The notes below the pieces were generated by a model. That model saw only the letters and a program-made list of their open reading frames with translations, ran no database searches and was not told the DNA's origin. A stretch of 64,000 nucleotides of DNA from the human T2T-CHM13v2.0 reference genome, Homo sapiens: the NCBI RefSeq assembly GCF_009914755.1, contig NC_060926.1; one strand, written 5' to 3'. A program made the translations under genes and the position numbers. Of the stretch, positions 52,002 to 64,000 are shown piece after piece (the first letter of the stretch is position 1; every line of letters begins with the position of its first letter).

Positions 52002-54669
52002 AGGGGCCACTGGCCATGCTTGGTCCAGGTCCCGTGGACCTCTCTTTCGCACTGGTGTGCCTTCTTATCTAGTAAGCTAAAATATGCATTGAGCAAACAG
52101 GATCAGAGGCAAAGCCACATGTGCAGGCAAGAAATATTTCCTTGGCATGCTCTTTAAAACACACCCTGCCTACAAAACATAGATTATCTTTTCTCTGCCT
52201 TTGTTCCCACATGGAAATTTCAACTGGACTGAGCTCCACTGCCCTGCAAATGTCCAGCCCATTTCAGATGGAAAATCATCAGAATCCTGATGTTGGATTC
52301 TAGTGTATAACAATATCTTTCAATACAGCTTCATCTGCAACAGTTTTCTGTTGGACATAAATATCTTCCTCAATCTATTCTGACATTTGAGAAGGAAAAT
52401 TATCACCCTTAAAGCTCATTTAAGTGAATATGTATCAAAACGAAAGCAAGAGCACATTTCTTAAAGAAAAATTATAAGCCATACTCCACTTAGCTTATTT
52501 TCTTTCCTAACAGCATGGAGCTTTGAGTAAAACTTATCTGAGTGGCTAAGACAATCTTGGAATAGGTGGATAATGTAGCTATTTCATTTGTATTCGAGTA
52601 AAAATGAGACAGATGATTACCGAGAAAAAAGGTCAATGTAAGAGTACTTTAGTCAGTTTAACCAAATCCATAAAATCATCGATTCATGAAATCATGAATC
52701 ATTTTATAGTATTATACTTTTGATAGGCAGATGCAGTTTAGTAGGTAAGAGTCAGAAAGAGTGAACTTTAGAACCTATTGGCCTTTCTCAATCCTCCATA
52801 CATCTAGTGCTTTTATTCTCCCACAACATGTAATGCCTAAACATTCCAGAATGCAGAAAGTCACCCGTTACAAGACCTGTTAGTGTGTTCAGTAAGATGG
52901 CCAATCTCATTCTTAATTTCCCCATTTGTGAGAGGGGAAATATAATTTAAAAAAATCACAGTGTTGTATTAAATATGATAATATAAAATACCACAATCAT
53001 GTGTATAGGTAACTATACAAGTTGGTACTTAATAAAGTATGTCTTCTAAAAAGTAGTAAGACTATTCGAATTCCATTGTTTTCATTGGCCTAATTTAGTG
53101 AATGTCTGGGAATTCATCTTGATACCTCTGGGTGCCTGCTGTGCCAACCATCCTTCTTTTACCTTTAGTTTCTAAAAAGATCTAGCCCTCAAGCAAAAGA
53201 AGGTCTATGCTATGATAAGCCTTCGGATGCTACATTTGTAAGATCCGTTTAAAGAGTGCATGAAACAGCTCTCTACCCTTAAAAGAATAGAATTTATACA
53301 GCTGCCTGCATTTAATGGATCCACAAGGCAGGCTGAAGTGGAGCCTGCTGAGAGCAGGCCGATGAGGGATCATTGGTGATTTAGTGCTCAGCAGGTACAT
53401 GCCAACCACTGCAATCTGTTTCTGCTCAGATCTAGCTCATTAACCTCTTATTGTCCCAAAGGGAAGGGAAGACATTGTGAGAAATAATTGAAAGGAGAGT
53501 GGACTCAAAGGAAAATGGAATTGCTGTTGGACAATAAGGAGCAAGGGAAGGAAATTGTGAATGGATATAAACAGAAAAAAAATAGAGACCAAGAGATGAC
53601 TTAGTGGGTGTGTATTCAGTCTATATACTCTGCCTCTGTTGTTCACTACATGGGTGGCCTTAGAATATCATGTAAACTATGTGAGCCTCAGTTTCCCCTT
53701 ATATAAAAGTGGAAATAGGACTGATCCTGTCTGGATGATAAGTTGGTTATGTGAAACTCTAGACACAATTTCTAGAACTGCAGATATGTGTCATGCGTAT
53801 GTCAGAGGATGTCAATGAGAATTAAGGAAAGCTTCTTGACGGAGTGAAGACGGTTTAATAAAAAGAATATGAGCTTTGGAGTAAGAGAGATCTGGACTTG
53901 ATTCACATTCATAAAATGATGTAATATCTATGTAGCAGGGTTGTTGTAAGCATTAGCGCTGATACATGTAGACCACCTATTACTATGCATAGGACAGTCT
54001 TATTTTAATCATATTACCTCTTACTGAAAATTGTAAAACATAAAAGTCTTTTAAAAGACAAAATCAAACCTTCTATTTTTCCTGGCACTTTGAAAGGTTT
54101 TAGAAGACATTCGCTTCCATTCCTTCACATCCATCTGTCCGTTATGTATCTCCCAACATTCTTACATGATACATATGCAAAGAAATAGCATGGTTTACAT
54201 ATAAAGCAATTAATGTCTAAGAGGCAAATTAATGAATATCTAGTAGCAGGGCAAAAATTGAAAGTCAAGTGTATCTCACTGCAAAGCCTACTCTCTTTTC
54301 ACCTATACAGGTTTCCCATTCTGCTTTTGTGTGAATGAGAAATAAAAGCCATTTCTTTTTTGTTAACAAACCACCCCAAAATACCACTTTGTATCAGAAA
54401 AATGACATGCCTAATTGTCTGGAACTCTTATATGCAAAGGCTGTGGCAACTATTCCTTAATCTTCTGAAAAAAGTGGATGTATGAAGAGTAGTTTCTAAT
54501 AAATGACAGGAAGTATAAATGTAACTGAGAAGAAGTGATAGATTCTAGGAAAACTTTTGAAAGTCTTATGGAAGGAGGGCCTTGACAGGTGAGAGTTCAG
54601 TCATAGCCTTATGGTGGAGACACATATACGGCTAAAAAGCAAAGCAATCTCTGAGAACTGAACATTTAT

Positions 54670-54830
54670 TAATTAATAGGGGTCTCAATCTTGTCCATCA
54701 GAATCACCTTTGAAGCTTTTTCAAAATGCTTTAGCTCAGGGTGAACCTTTGCTTTTTGGCAAGTAGAAACTGCTCATCATTCTAACAAAGGGACCCAGGC
54801 TCTCCATGCCTTCATTTGGAGACCACTGCC
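54670..54830. mobile_element. MER5A-like hAT MITE
   Basis: CATCAGAATCACCT...GATTCT/CATTCTAA...TTTGGAGACCACTG. Confidence 0.5.
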
Positions 54831-55868
54831 GCAGTCCAAGAGGCAGAGAAGACAGACAGAGAGAATGTGGCCCAACATGCACTGGCTCCAAAATCCCTGG
54901 GATAAAAAATAACAATGACAACAACAAACACCAAAAAACTGTCCATCAGCCAAAGGCAGTCACAGGGCCAAGTTCAACTTCACAAGGCAGTTTAGTTTGT
55001 TCAATTCTTGGCTTCACAGGAAGCAGTTTCAAATATTTGTGAACAATATTCCACATGATCACAGCTAATATGTAACCATATTATTTCCGATATTATTCCA
55101 CTTTTCCTAGGGCTGCTTATTTTTTTCCATGGAAAAGACAATGGAATTCTGAAGGAAAAGGAGTGACTTTGAATAGAAAATGAATAATTTCTTTTGTAGT
55201 TATACAATTGCGTTGAGTAACTTTACAGAGAAAACAGGTGATAACTTTTATGGTTTCCTGTGATTCTTAATTAACGTCAGCCTTAGAGTTAAAGCCATAA
55301 TGAAAAGACATGAATTCGTTTTTGCAGGCAATAAGCATTTTGTTGGCAAATAGTATTCCTGAATCAGTATTTTCCTCAGAATATAGACTTGTTTCTGCTA
55401 ATAATGTTTCTATTTAATGGACAGAAGATGACAACTAAACAAGAAAGTCCAATTATTTTTGTAATGAATTTTAATATCTATTGGCACATACTTTTTGTTT
55501 TGTTTTGTTCTGAGGGATTAGAAACTGAGTGAGTGACCTTTAAATTGCGGATAACCTTTTTTATTCTCAGTGTCATGGAAAATGAAAAATTTTTAAGCAA
55601 GCATAGCTTACAATGTAGTTTTGAACAATGGATTAATAAACACAGGATCATCTCCAGGAGGTAATACTGTTACCTGGCACATACCACAATAAGGGAAAAG
55701 ACCTAGGAGCTGACACAAATTCTCTCAAGCCTCTGTAATGTACTTGAAAATAACACTGGGGCTTATTGAGCAAATTGGAGAACTAATCAATCAAAAAGCA
55801 GACTCACCAATAGAAACTTAAACATGGAAAGGTTAGAATGTAGGTAGATACTGCCTGTTAAATTTTCA

Positions 55869-56168
<300 letters not shown>

Positions 56169-56384
56169 ATGCTGAATGTGGAAATGACTTCCTGCCTTAC
56201 GTCTACCACCAGCATTCACTTGATTCAAGCAAATCTCTACCCATTTCTGGACCTTGTTCGCTTAACTCTAAACTGACTCTCACATTTTGTCCAGCTCTGA
56301 GATCAATGAATCTGAAAATGCCGAGGAAGGTATATCTTCAAGTTTTCACCAAGATAAGAAATGCAGACAGTTGGAATATCTTAC

Positions 56385-56802
56385 TGTATTAGTTTGTTTT
56401 CTGTTGCTTATAACAGAAAACCTTCAACAGAGTAATTTATAAAGAAAATAAATCTATTTCTTATAGTTATGAAGGCTGGGAAATCCATGGTTAACAGTAT
56501 GTATCTGGTGAGAGCCTACTTGCTAGTGAGGACTTTGCAGCATTCAGAGGTTCAGAGGTGGTACAAGGTATCACATGGTGAGCGTACTGAGCATACTCAC
56601 GTGCATGCCCAGAGCTCTCTTCTGAAAAAGCCACCAGTTTCACTCCCACGATAATCCATTAATCCACGAATAGATTAATGCATCCATGAGGGCTCTCTGT
56701 CATGATTCAGTCACCTCTTAAAGGCACTACCTTTCAACAGTGCCACACTGAGGATTAAATTCTCAACATAGGAAATATGGAGAAGACATTCAAATAATAG
56801 CA
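56385..56802 (-). mobile_element. MST-type MaLR LTR
   Basis: TGTATTAGTTTGTTTTCTGTTGCTTATAACAG...ATAGCA with perfect TSD CTTAC (56380-56384, 56803-56807). Confidence 0.85.
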
Positions 56803-57402
56803 CTTACATATACATGTCAAATTTCTCCTCGCTAAATGGCACTTTTCTAGAGCACTTGTTTGCAGGCAAAATAGGGAAGGCTACAGGCAAGGTTATAGCA
56901 CAGTGAGAGTCTAGCCCAATTATATTTTCAAAAGAATGGCAAGTTAGGTTCATGGTACCCCTGCATGGACTCCACGGGAGATGGGGATACTGTGTAGAGT
57001 TATATGGGCCACCATTTATTGACATAGTCTGGATAAAATTGATGTGTAATACACACACACACACACACAAATGAGTAGTACATGAAAGAGTAGTTTCAAT
57101 CAAAGCAGAACATGGTTAAATATGTTAAATATTGTATCAGTTCTGTAGTGAAGAGGAATTGGAAAATTATGTATTTTGTATCTTTTAGTTTATATATATC
57201 ATGTATGTTTTTATATTTAAATGTATATTTTAGTCTTTTGTTCATAATCTCATTCAGATATTTTAATTCTTGGGTGTATGGAAAGTGAATTGAGACATAA
57301 TTGGCAGCATACATCAAGATCCTAGAGATCCAGTTAATAGAGCATTCACTAATAAATAATTTTTAAAAATTCCTTTTAGTCTGAATAAGCCACTTATTAT
57401 AC

Positions 57403-57660
57403 CAGTGCTTCTAAACTAGGGGCAGTTTTATCCTCCAGGGACCATGTGGCAATATCTAGAGGGAGTTCTTTTTTTTTTCACTTTTCCTCAAAATTCAACT
57501 TCATGGAGAGGGTTTTGTTGTCACTTCCGGGAGTGTGCTATTGGCACCTGGCTGGTGGAGGCCAGAGATGTTGCTAAATATCCTGGATTACTCAGGGCAG
57601 CCCCCACAACAAAGAATTATATGTCCTAAAGTGACACTACTACTGCTGTTGAGAAACCTG
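57403..57660 (+). mobile_element. MER20 hAT MITE with ~40-bp internal insert
   Basis: CAGTGCTTCT...GGAGGCCAGAGATGTTGCTAAA...CCCCCACAACAAAGAATTAT...GTTGAGAAACCTG. Confidence 0.8.
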
Positions 57661-58145
57661 CATTGTGGTTTCACACATGTCTTTTTAGTTTCCTTCCAAT
57701 ACCATATGAGACCAAGAGTGGGGACTATATCCCTTGCTTTGCAGATTGGCAAATTGATTAGCAGACAAGTTTCTGTATTTATTCAAAGTCATACAACTAG
57801 GTAGTGGCAGATCCAGTGGCTTTTGTCTAGTAAGTTGGGCATCTCTCAGGACATCACCAAATATATTCATTCAAAAATAGGTTGCAAATGCTACTGAGCA
57901 GTGCATAGACATTGCTTATATATATGTATATATTATATGTATATATTTGTATATATTATATGTATATATAGTTCCATGACTGGGGAGGCTTAGAAGTCCC
58001 ACAATCTACAATCAGCAAGCTAGAGACCCAAAAAAGCTGGTGGTATGAATTCCAGTCCTGATATAATGGCCTGATAACCAGTAGAGTGGCTCATAAAGTT
58101 CCAGTTTGAAGCCAGAATCATGTCCCTGCTTAAGCAGTCAGGTGG

Positions 58146-58872
58146 TGTATTAGTTTGTTTTCACATTGCTGTAATGATACTACCTGAGACTGGGTAACTT
58201 ATAAATAAAAGAGGCTTAATTGACTTACAGTTCCACATGGCTGAGTAGGCCTCAGGAAACTTACCATCACGGTGAAAGGCAAAAGGGAAGCAAGCACCTT
58301 CTTCAGAAGGCAGCAGGAGAGATAGAGCGGTGGGGGTGATATGGTTAGGCTTTGTGTCCCCATCCAAGTCTTATCTTGAATTGTAATTTCCATAATCCAT
58401 GTGTCCAGGGAGGGACCGGGTGAGAGGTGAATGGATTATGGGAGAAGTTTCCCCCTTGCTGAGATCTGATGGTTTTTTAAGGGGCTCTTTCCCCTTCACT
58501 CATGTGCTCTCTCTCACCTGCCACCATAAAAGATGTGCCTTTGCTTCTCTCTTGCCTTCTGCCATGATTTGTAAGTTTCCTGAGGCTTCCCCCACCATGT
58601 AGACCTGTGAGTCAATTAAACCTCTTTCCTTTAAAAATTATCCAGTCTCAGGCATGTCTTTGTAGCAATGTGAGAACAGAATAATACAGGGAAGAACGGC
58701 CAAACACTTTTAAACTGTCAGATCTTGTGAGATCTCACTCACTGTCATGAGAACAATATGGGGGAAACCAACCCCTATGATCCAATCACCTCCCACCAGT
58801 TCCCTCCCATGACACATGGGGATTACAATTCTAGGTGAAATTCAGGTGGGGATACAGAGCCAAATCATATCA
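58146..58872 (-). mobile_element. THE1 LTR (outer)
   Basis: TGTATTAG...CAAATCATATCA with perfect TSD GGTGG (58141-58145, 58873-58877). Confidence 0.9.
58337..58688 (+). mobile_element. THE1 LTR (inner, opposite orientation)
   Basis: TGATATGGTTAGGCTTTGTGTCCCC...AATAATACA. Confidence 0.9.
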
Positions 58873-60117
58873 GGTGGAGAGAATGAACTCCATTTCCCTG
58901 TCTCTTGTTCTATTCAGGCCCTAAATGGATAATTTCCACCCACATTATTTTACCAACTTAAATGCTAATCTCTTCCAGAAATATCCTCACAGACACATCC
59001 AGTAATAATGTTTAACCAAATATCTGGATACCCGATGGCCCAGTCAAGTTGACATATAGCATTAAACATTCACTGCTCGTAGGTATTTCAATGGAATCAC
59101 AGAAGACTCACATGAAATTAGAAAACTGTAGAAAGAGCATTAGATTGATATTCAAAATATTAAAAATGTATCTGTTAATGTGGCATGGTCCAGCATAAGA
59201 TCAACTGGCAGAGACTGACCATGCTGTCTCAGTAGATCTCTATCATCAGAGATGATAATTTCTGAACTCGAGACTTGGGCTCACACCCATGGTTATGTAG
59301 CTGGAGTGGAATCATAATTATGGACACATGTTCTGCTGATGATTTCACTGGTTAAGGTGCAGACATTCTGGAACTCAAGATAGATCTATGTTGGAGATAA
59401 TATAGCTTAACCACTAAATATGACACTGAGGTCAGGGCAGGTTTCTGTGACTCACTCATGACCCAATGTGACAGTGACAGAAAGATCGTTATTCCTCACA
59501 GTTTAGGAGCCACAGAGGTCTAGGAATGTCACCTGTAGTCAATTCCTGCAATTGTCATGAGAATGCATAAGCAGTGGAGCTAGGAGGAATCTGTAGTCTA
59601 TTCAAACCTATTGTGCTAAGACTGCCAGAATTCTGCATGAAAATTTTTAGTTTACTCTAGATCACAACAAGGTGACAACTACAAAGAATTTTAGCTGTGG
59701 AGATAAATTCCAGAGACCAATATTTGCAGAATCTACTTCAAGGTATCCTATTTTCTGATAATCCTCAAGTGGCCCTATTTGAGTTACAAGGAATAAGTTC
59801 TAGATAAATGTACATAAAATGGTGGTGTTTAAAAAATTGGACCCTCAGTTTGACAAGTGAGGGCTTGAAGTCATAGTATGAATATAGAAAGACATAGGAC
59901 CTTATACTGTATTCACAGAATGGTGAGGCCAAGATTTTTAGATTATACTCAGAAACTCAGCTTAGAATGCATTTCTTATGAAACCGTTTATCCACCATTA
60001 GTGTTCTTTTGAAATCTAATTGTAGACTTTAATGTCAATGGAAATGAAAAAAATCACAGTCACTCTAACATGGAACGATAAGATGGAGTAATAAAAAGAG
60101 GAAACAATCATGCCAAG

Positions 60118-63100
60118 AGAGTTTCAGTGGTGAGTTCTACCAAACATTTAAGAAAGAAATGATAACAATTAAGTGCAAACTCTTCCAAAAAATAGAAGCA
60201 GAAGGAATATTTTAAAATAAAATATACAAGGTCAGCATTACTTTAATATCAAAACCAGTCAAAGATATTACAAGAAAGTAAAAGTCCAGGCCAGTATATC
60301 TCATGAACTTAACCCTCAACAAAATATCAGAGAACAGAATTAAACAATGTATTTAAAAAGACATTACACCCAAATGGGTTTTATGCTACACATGCAAGGC
60401 TTGTTCAACATTCAAAAAACAATTAAGATTATACACTGTTTTAACAGGCTAAAGAAGAAGAATCATGATCATATCAACAGATGCAGAAAGAACACTTGAC
60501 AAAATTCAACACTTATTCAAGACAAACATTTTCAGTAAAGTAGGAATAGAGGGAAACTTCCTTATCTTGATAAAGCACATCTACAAAAATGTACAGTTAA
60601 CATTATTCTTAATGGTGAGAAACTGGATGCTTTTTCTCTAAAGTCAGGAACAAGTCAAGGATGTCCTATCTTATCACTCTTACTAAACATCATAGTGGAA
60701 ATTCTAGCTAATGAAAAACAAGGAAAGGAAATTAAAAAATAATTGGGATATTTATTCTAAAGTAACATGCTTTTCTATGTAGAAAATCTCAAAGAATCAA
60801 CAAAGAACTGTCACTAACAAGTGATTATGGCATGACTGCAGAACACAAAATTAATAGTTAAATTCAATTGCTTTCCTATATATAAACAATGAACAATTAG
60901 AATTTGAAATAAAAAACACACAACCATTTACATGAACACCAAAATTTTGAAAACTTAGGTATGGATTGAAAGTATAAGATCTGTATGAGGAAGATTACAA
61001 AGCTCTGATGAAAAAAAATTACAGAAATAAATACGGAAATATTTTGTGTTCATGGATAGGGAAATGTATTCTTTATCTTAATTGCTGATTAGTACTAAGT
61101 ACAATTAAGATCAGTAAACATCTTGTGTACTATTAAGATGTCAGTTTTCTTCCAACTTGATCTATAGTTTCAATGCACTACAAATCAAACCACTAGCAAA
61201 TTAGTTTGTGGATATCAACAAATTGATTCTAAAAGTATAGGAAAGGCAAAATGCCCAGAATAGCCATTTTGATATTGAGAACAAGAACCAAGTCAGAGGA
61301 CTGAATTATGTTACTTTAGCACTTACTATGAAACTACAATAATTAAGGCAATTTGTACTAGTAAAAGAATACACAAGTAGATTAACAGAACAAAATAGCC
61401 CAGAAATAGACCAACACAAATACAATTAACTGACTGTAACAAAGGCAAAAAAAAATTCAATGGAGAAAAAAAAATCTTTTCAGCAAATAGTGCTAGAACA
61501 AGTAGACAACTAGACATCCATATCCTCTGCAGAAAATCTATATACACACATCTTGCACTTTTCACAAAAGTTAACCCCAAATGGATCATAGGCCCAAATG
61601 TAAAATGCAAAACCATAAACTTTCAAGGAAATAGCATGAGAAAATCTAGGTGACTTTGAGTTTAGTGTTGACTTTTTGGATACAACACCAAAAATACAAT
61701 CCATGACTGAATAAATTGATAAGTAGGGCTTTATTAAATTAAAAAATGATCATTCTGCAAAAGACATTGTTAAGGAAATAAAAAGGCTACCCACAACTGG
61801 GAGAAAATACTTGCAAAACAAATAGCTGATAAAGGACTTGTTTCCAAAATATAAAAGGAACTCTTAAACATCAAAAATAAAATCAAAAAGCTTAATTTAA
61901 AAATGGGCAAATGATCTGAACAGGCATTTCACCAAAGAAGATATGCAAAAGGAAAATAAACATATGGAAAGATGCTGAACATCATATGTCATTCAGGAAT
62001 TTCAAATGAAAACAACAATAAAATACTACACATCTATTAGAATGGCTAAAATCTAAAACACAACACCAAATGTTGATAAGAATATGGAGCAACCAGGGCA
62101 GTTAATTGCTGCTGGGAATGAAAAATATACAACCACTTTGGAAGACAGTTTAGCAGTTCCTTACAAAGCTAAACATACTCATGCCATAAAATTCAGCATT
62201 CACATTCCTAGGTATTTAAGTAAGTTGAAAATGTCCGTATAAAAACCTTATGTCCTTATAAAAGCCTGAACACAGATGTTTATAGCAGCTTTATTTATAA
62301 TTGGTAAAAACTGGAAGCAACCAAGATATCTTTCAATATGTGGATGGATAAACAAACTGTGGTACATGCATATGATGGAATTTTTTTTGGTGATAAAAAG
62401 AAATGAGCTGGTCAGGCGCGGTGGCTCATGCCTGTAATCCCAGCTCTTTGGGAGGTCGAGGCAGGTGGATCACCTGAGGTCAGGAGTTCAAGACCAGCCC
62501 AGCAAAGATAGTGAAACCCCGTCTCTACCAAAAATACAAAAATGAGCCAGGTGTGGTGGCAGACACCTGTAATCCCAGCTACTCAGGAGGCTGAGGCAGA
62601 GAACTGCTTGAACCTGAAAGGCTGAGGTTGCAGTGAGCCAAGACAGCACCAGTGCACTACAGCCTAGGTGACAGAGTAAGACTCCATCTAAAAAAAAAAA
62701 AAAAAAAAGCAACAAAGACATGAAAACCATGAAAAACTTTCAGTGCATATTAGTAACAAACAGATCTCACTGCTAGGAACTTTCTCTCTGTGGAAACGAG
62801 CAAGCCTAAAAGTCACTACAGGATGTCCTGGTTAAGTAAAAGAAGCCAGCCTAAGATGGCTAAAAGGACTACATACCGTATGATTTTATCTCTGTGACAA
62901 TCTGGTAAAGGCAAAGTTGTGGACACAGCGAAATGTTCAGTGGTTGGTAGGGGTTTGGGGGAAGGGAGGGAGAAATGAACAGATGGAAAATAGGGGATTT
63001 GTGGAATAACAAAACTATTTTGGTATGGTACTGTAATAGTAGGTACATGGCATCATGTATCTGTCAAAACCAATAGAACTGTAAAAAACACAGAATAAAC

Positions 63101-63296
63101 CCTAGTGTGAACTGTAGTCTCTAGTTAATAATTATATATCAATATTTGTCCACCAATTCTAACAAATGTGCCAAAGAAGATGCTAATAATAGGGAAATTG
63201 TGGCTGGGATGAGAGAGAAAAGATAGTATATGAGAACCCTCTGTACTTTTTACTTAATTTTCCCATAAACTTAAAACTACTTTAATAAAGCCTATC

Positions 63297-63328
<32 letters not shown>
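60118..63328 (+). mobile_element. L1MC-like element: decayed ORF2 3' part, 3'UTR and poly-A
   Basis: GGTGAGTTCTACCAAACATTTAA, GATGCAGAAAG..CACTTGACAAAATTCAAC and CACTTTGGAAGACAGTTT; AATAAA is followed by an A-run at 63300-63328. Confidence 0.88.
62410..62708 (+). mobile_element. Alu (AluS) in L1MC
   Basis: GGTCAGGCGCGGTGGCTCATGCCTGTAATCCCAGC...poly-A. Confidence 0.93.
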
Positions 63329-63331
<3 letters not shown>

Positions 63332-64000
63332 TTAAACACAAAAAACATCAGAGATTAGAATTTATTCACTATAATCATAAGGTCACAAAATAAATATTGC
63401 ATGTTAAATGTAAGAATTCTGTTTCTAGATGTTCATCGGGTAAAGGAAAGGTCTTTTAAAAATATGTGTTATGTCTGCATCCTGACAAGTGTGTGGCACT
63501 AGAGACCCCAAATAATTTAGCTACATGCTCTAGAAGCAGTTCTAGCTGAATGTGTCCATATTATTTCCTTGCTATTGCAAACGAGGATTTCTCCATGGGC
63601 GTTGTGAGTCTCTTCTATCCTTGTTCAAATACATAGGGATTAAAATTTTAGACTCATCCAAAATCCACTCTCTAGAACACAGGTGAACACATCAGGCTAT
63701 TCTAATTCCACTCCGTCCACTTCAATCACATCTGAACAATTTGTTTCCTGTCAAACGAGAATGTAGCTCGTATTTGGTTATTTTTATCTTCCTCCATACT
63801 GCTTCTGAAAACATCCCTTATTCCCTACCATTGTACTTACTTTTCTCACTTTTTATTGTGAAATATTATCAAACATGGGGTATTGTATTTTATTCTAGAA
63901 ACTAGAAAATAGCCAGATTTCAATTTGCTGAGCTGCAAATAACTCACTTTAAGACTTTGATCAGAGAACTCTGTCCTCCTCAGTGTGCCCAGCTATATGA

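Larger units (their letters stand above)
57900..59072 (-). mobile_element. MLT2 (ERVL) LTR hosting two nested THE1 LTRs
   Basis: GAAGTCCCACAATCTAC...GAGACCCA..AAAGCTGGTGG on the left and AATCTCTTCCAGAAA..CCTCACAGACACA...GGCCCAGTCAAGTTGACA on the right. Confidence 0.8.

Noticed and set aside
52681-52700. Short palindromes (GATTCATGA-AA-TCATGAATC; also 31063-31094)
   Set aside because: Short AT-rich arms are expected occasionally in 64 kb, and there is no supporting context.
59100-60050. Possible ERVL-internal remnant or exon
   Set aside because: No motif or ORF I can support by eye.
62950-62970. G-quadruplex motif
   Set aside because: It is the ordinary G-rich tract of an L1 3'UTR.

Overview
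AT-rich, CpG-poor primate (very probably human) genomic DNA made up mostly of interspersed repeats. I can support no cellular protein-coding gene, tRNA/rRNA gene or CRISPR array, and almost all ORFs in the track are chance or repeat-derived. The centrepiece is a complete ~7.66-kb Harlequin/HERV-E-type provirus on the minus strand (39852-47508). It has paired LTR2-type LTRs, a CTAC target-site duplication, a tRNA-Glu PBS, remnants of gag MA and pol, a second integrase/env remnant from another ERV group, and a disrupted HERV-E-type env whose TM part is still open. Its 5' LTR carries a private 55-bp duplication spanning RCGTG (HRE-like) motifs. Its U5/PBS encodes ATFLGSLTGK, a one-residue variant of the renal-cancer HERV-E epitope CT-RCC-1. 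Two non-coding MER4-group proviruses (1564-6381, 33367-37721) are also present, along with MaLR/ERVL solo LTRs (some nested three deep), L1 fragments, Alus and DNA-transposon MITEs. Outside the repeats, the most striking structures are a ~110-nt near-perfect hairpin (31310-31419) and several templated-insertion or fold-back repair scars. Family names come from recalled consensus sequences, not a database search. I see no convincing evidence of a wholly new biological system.
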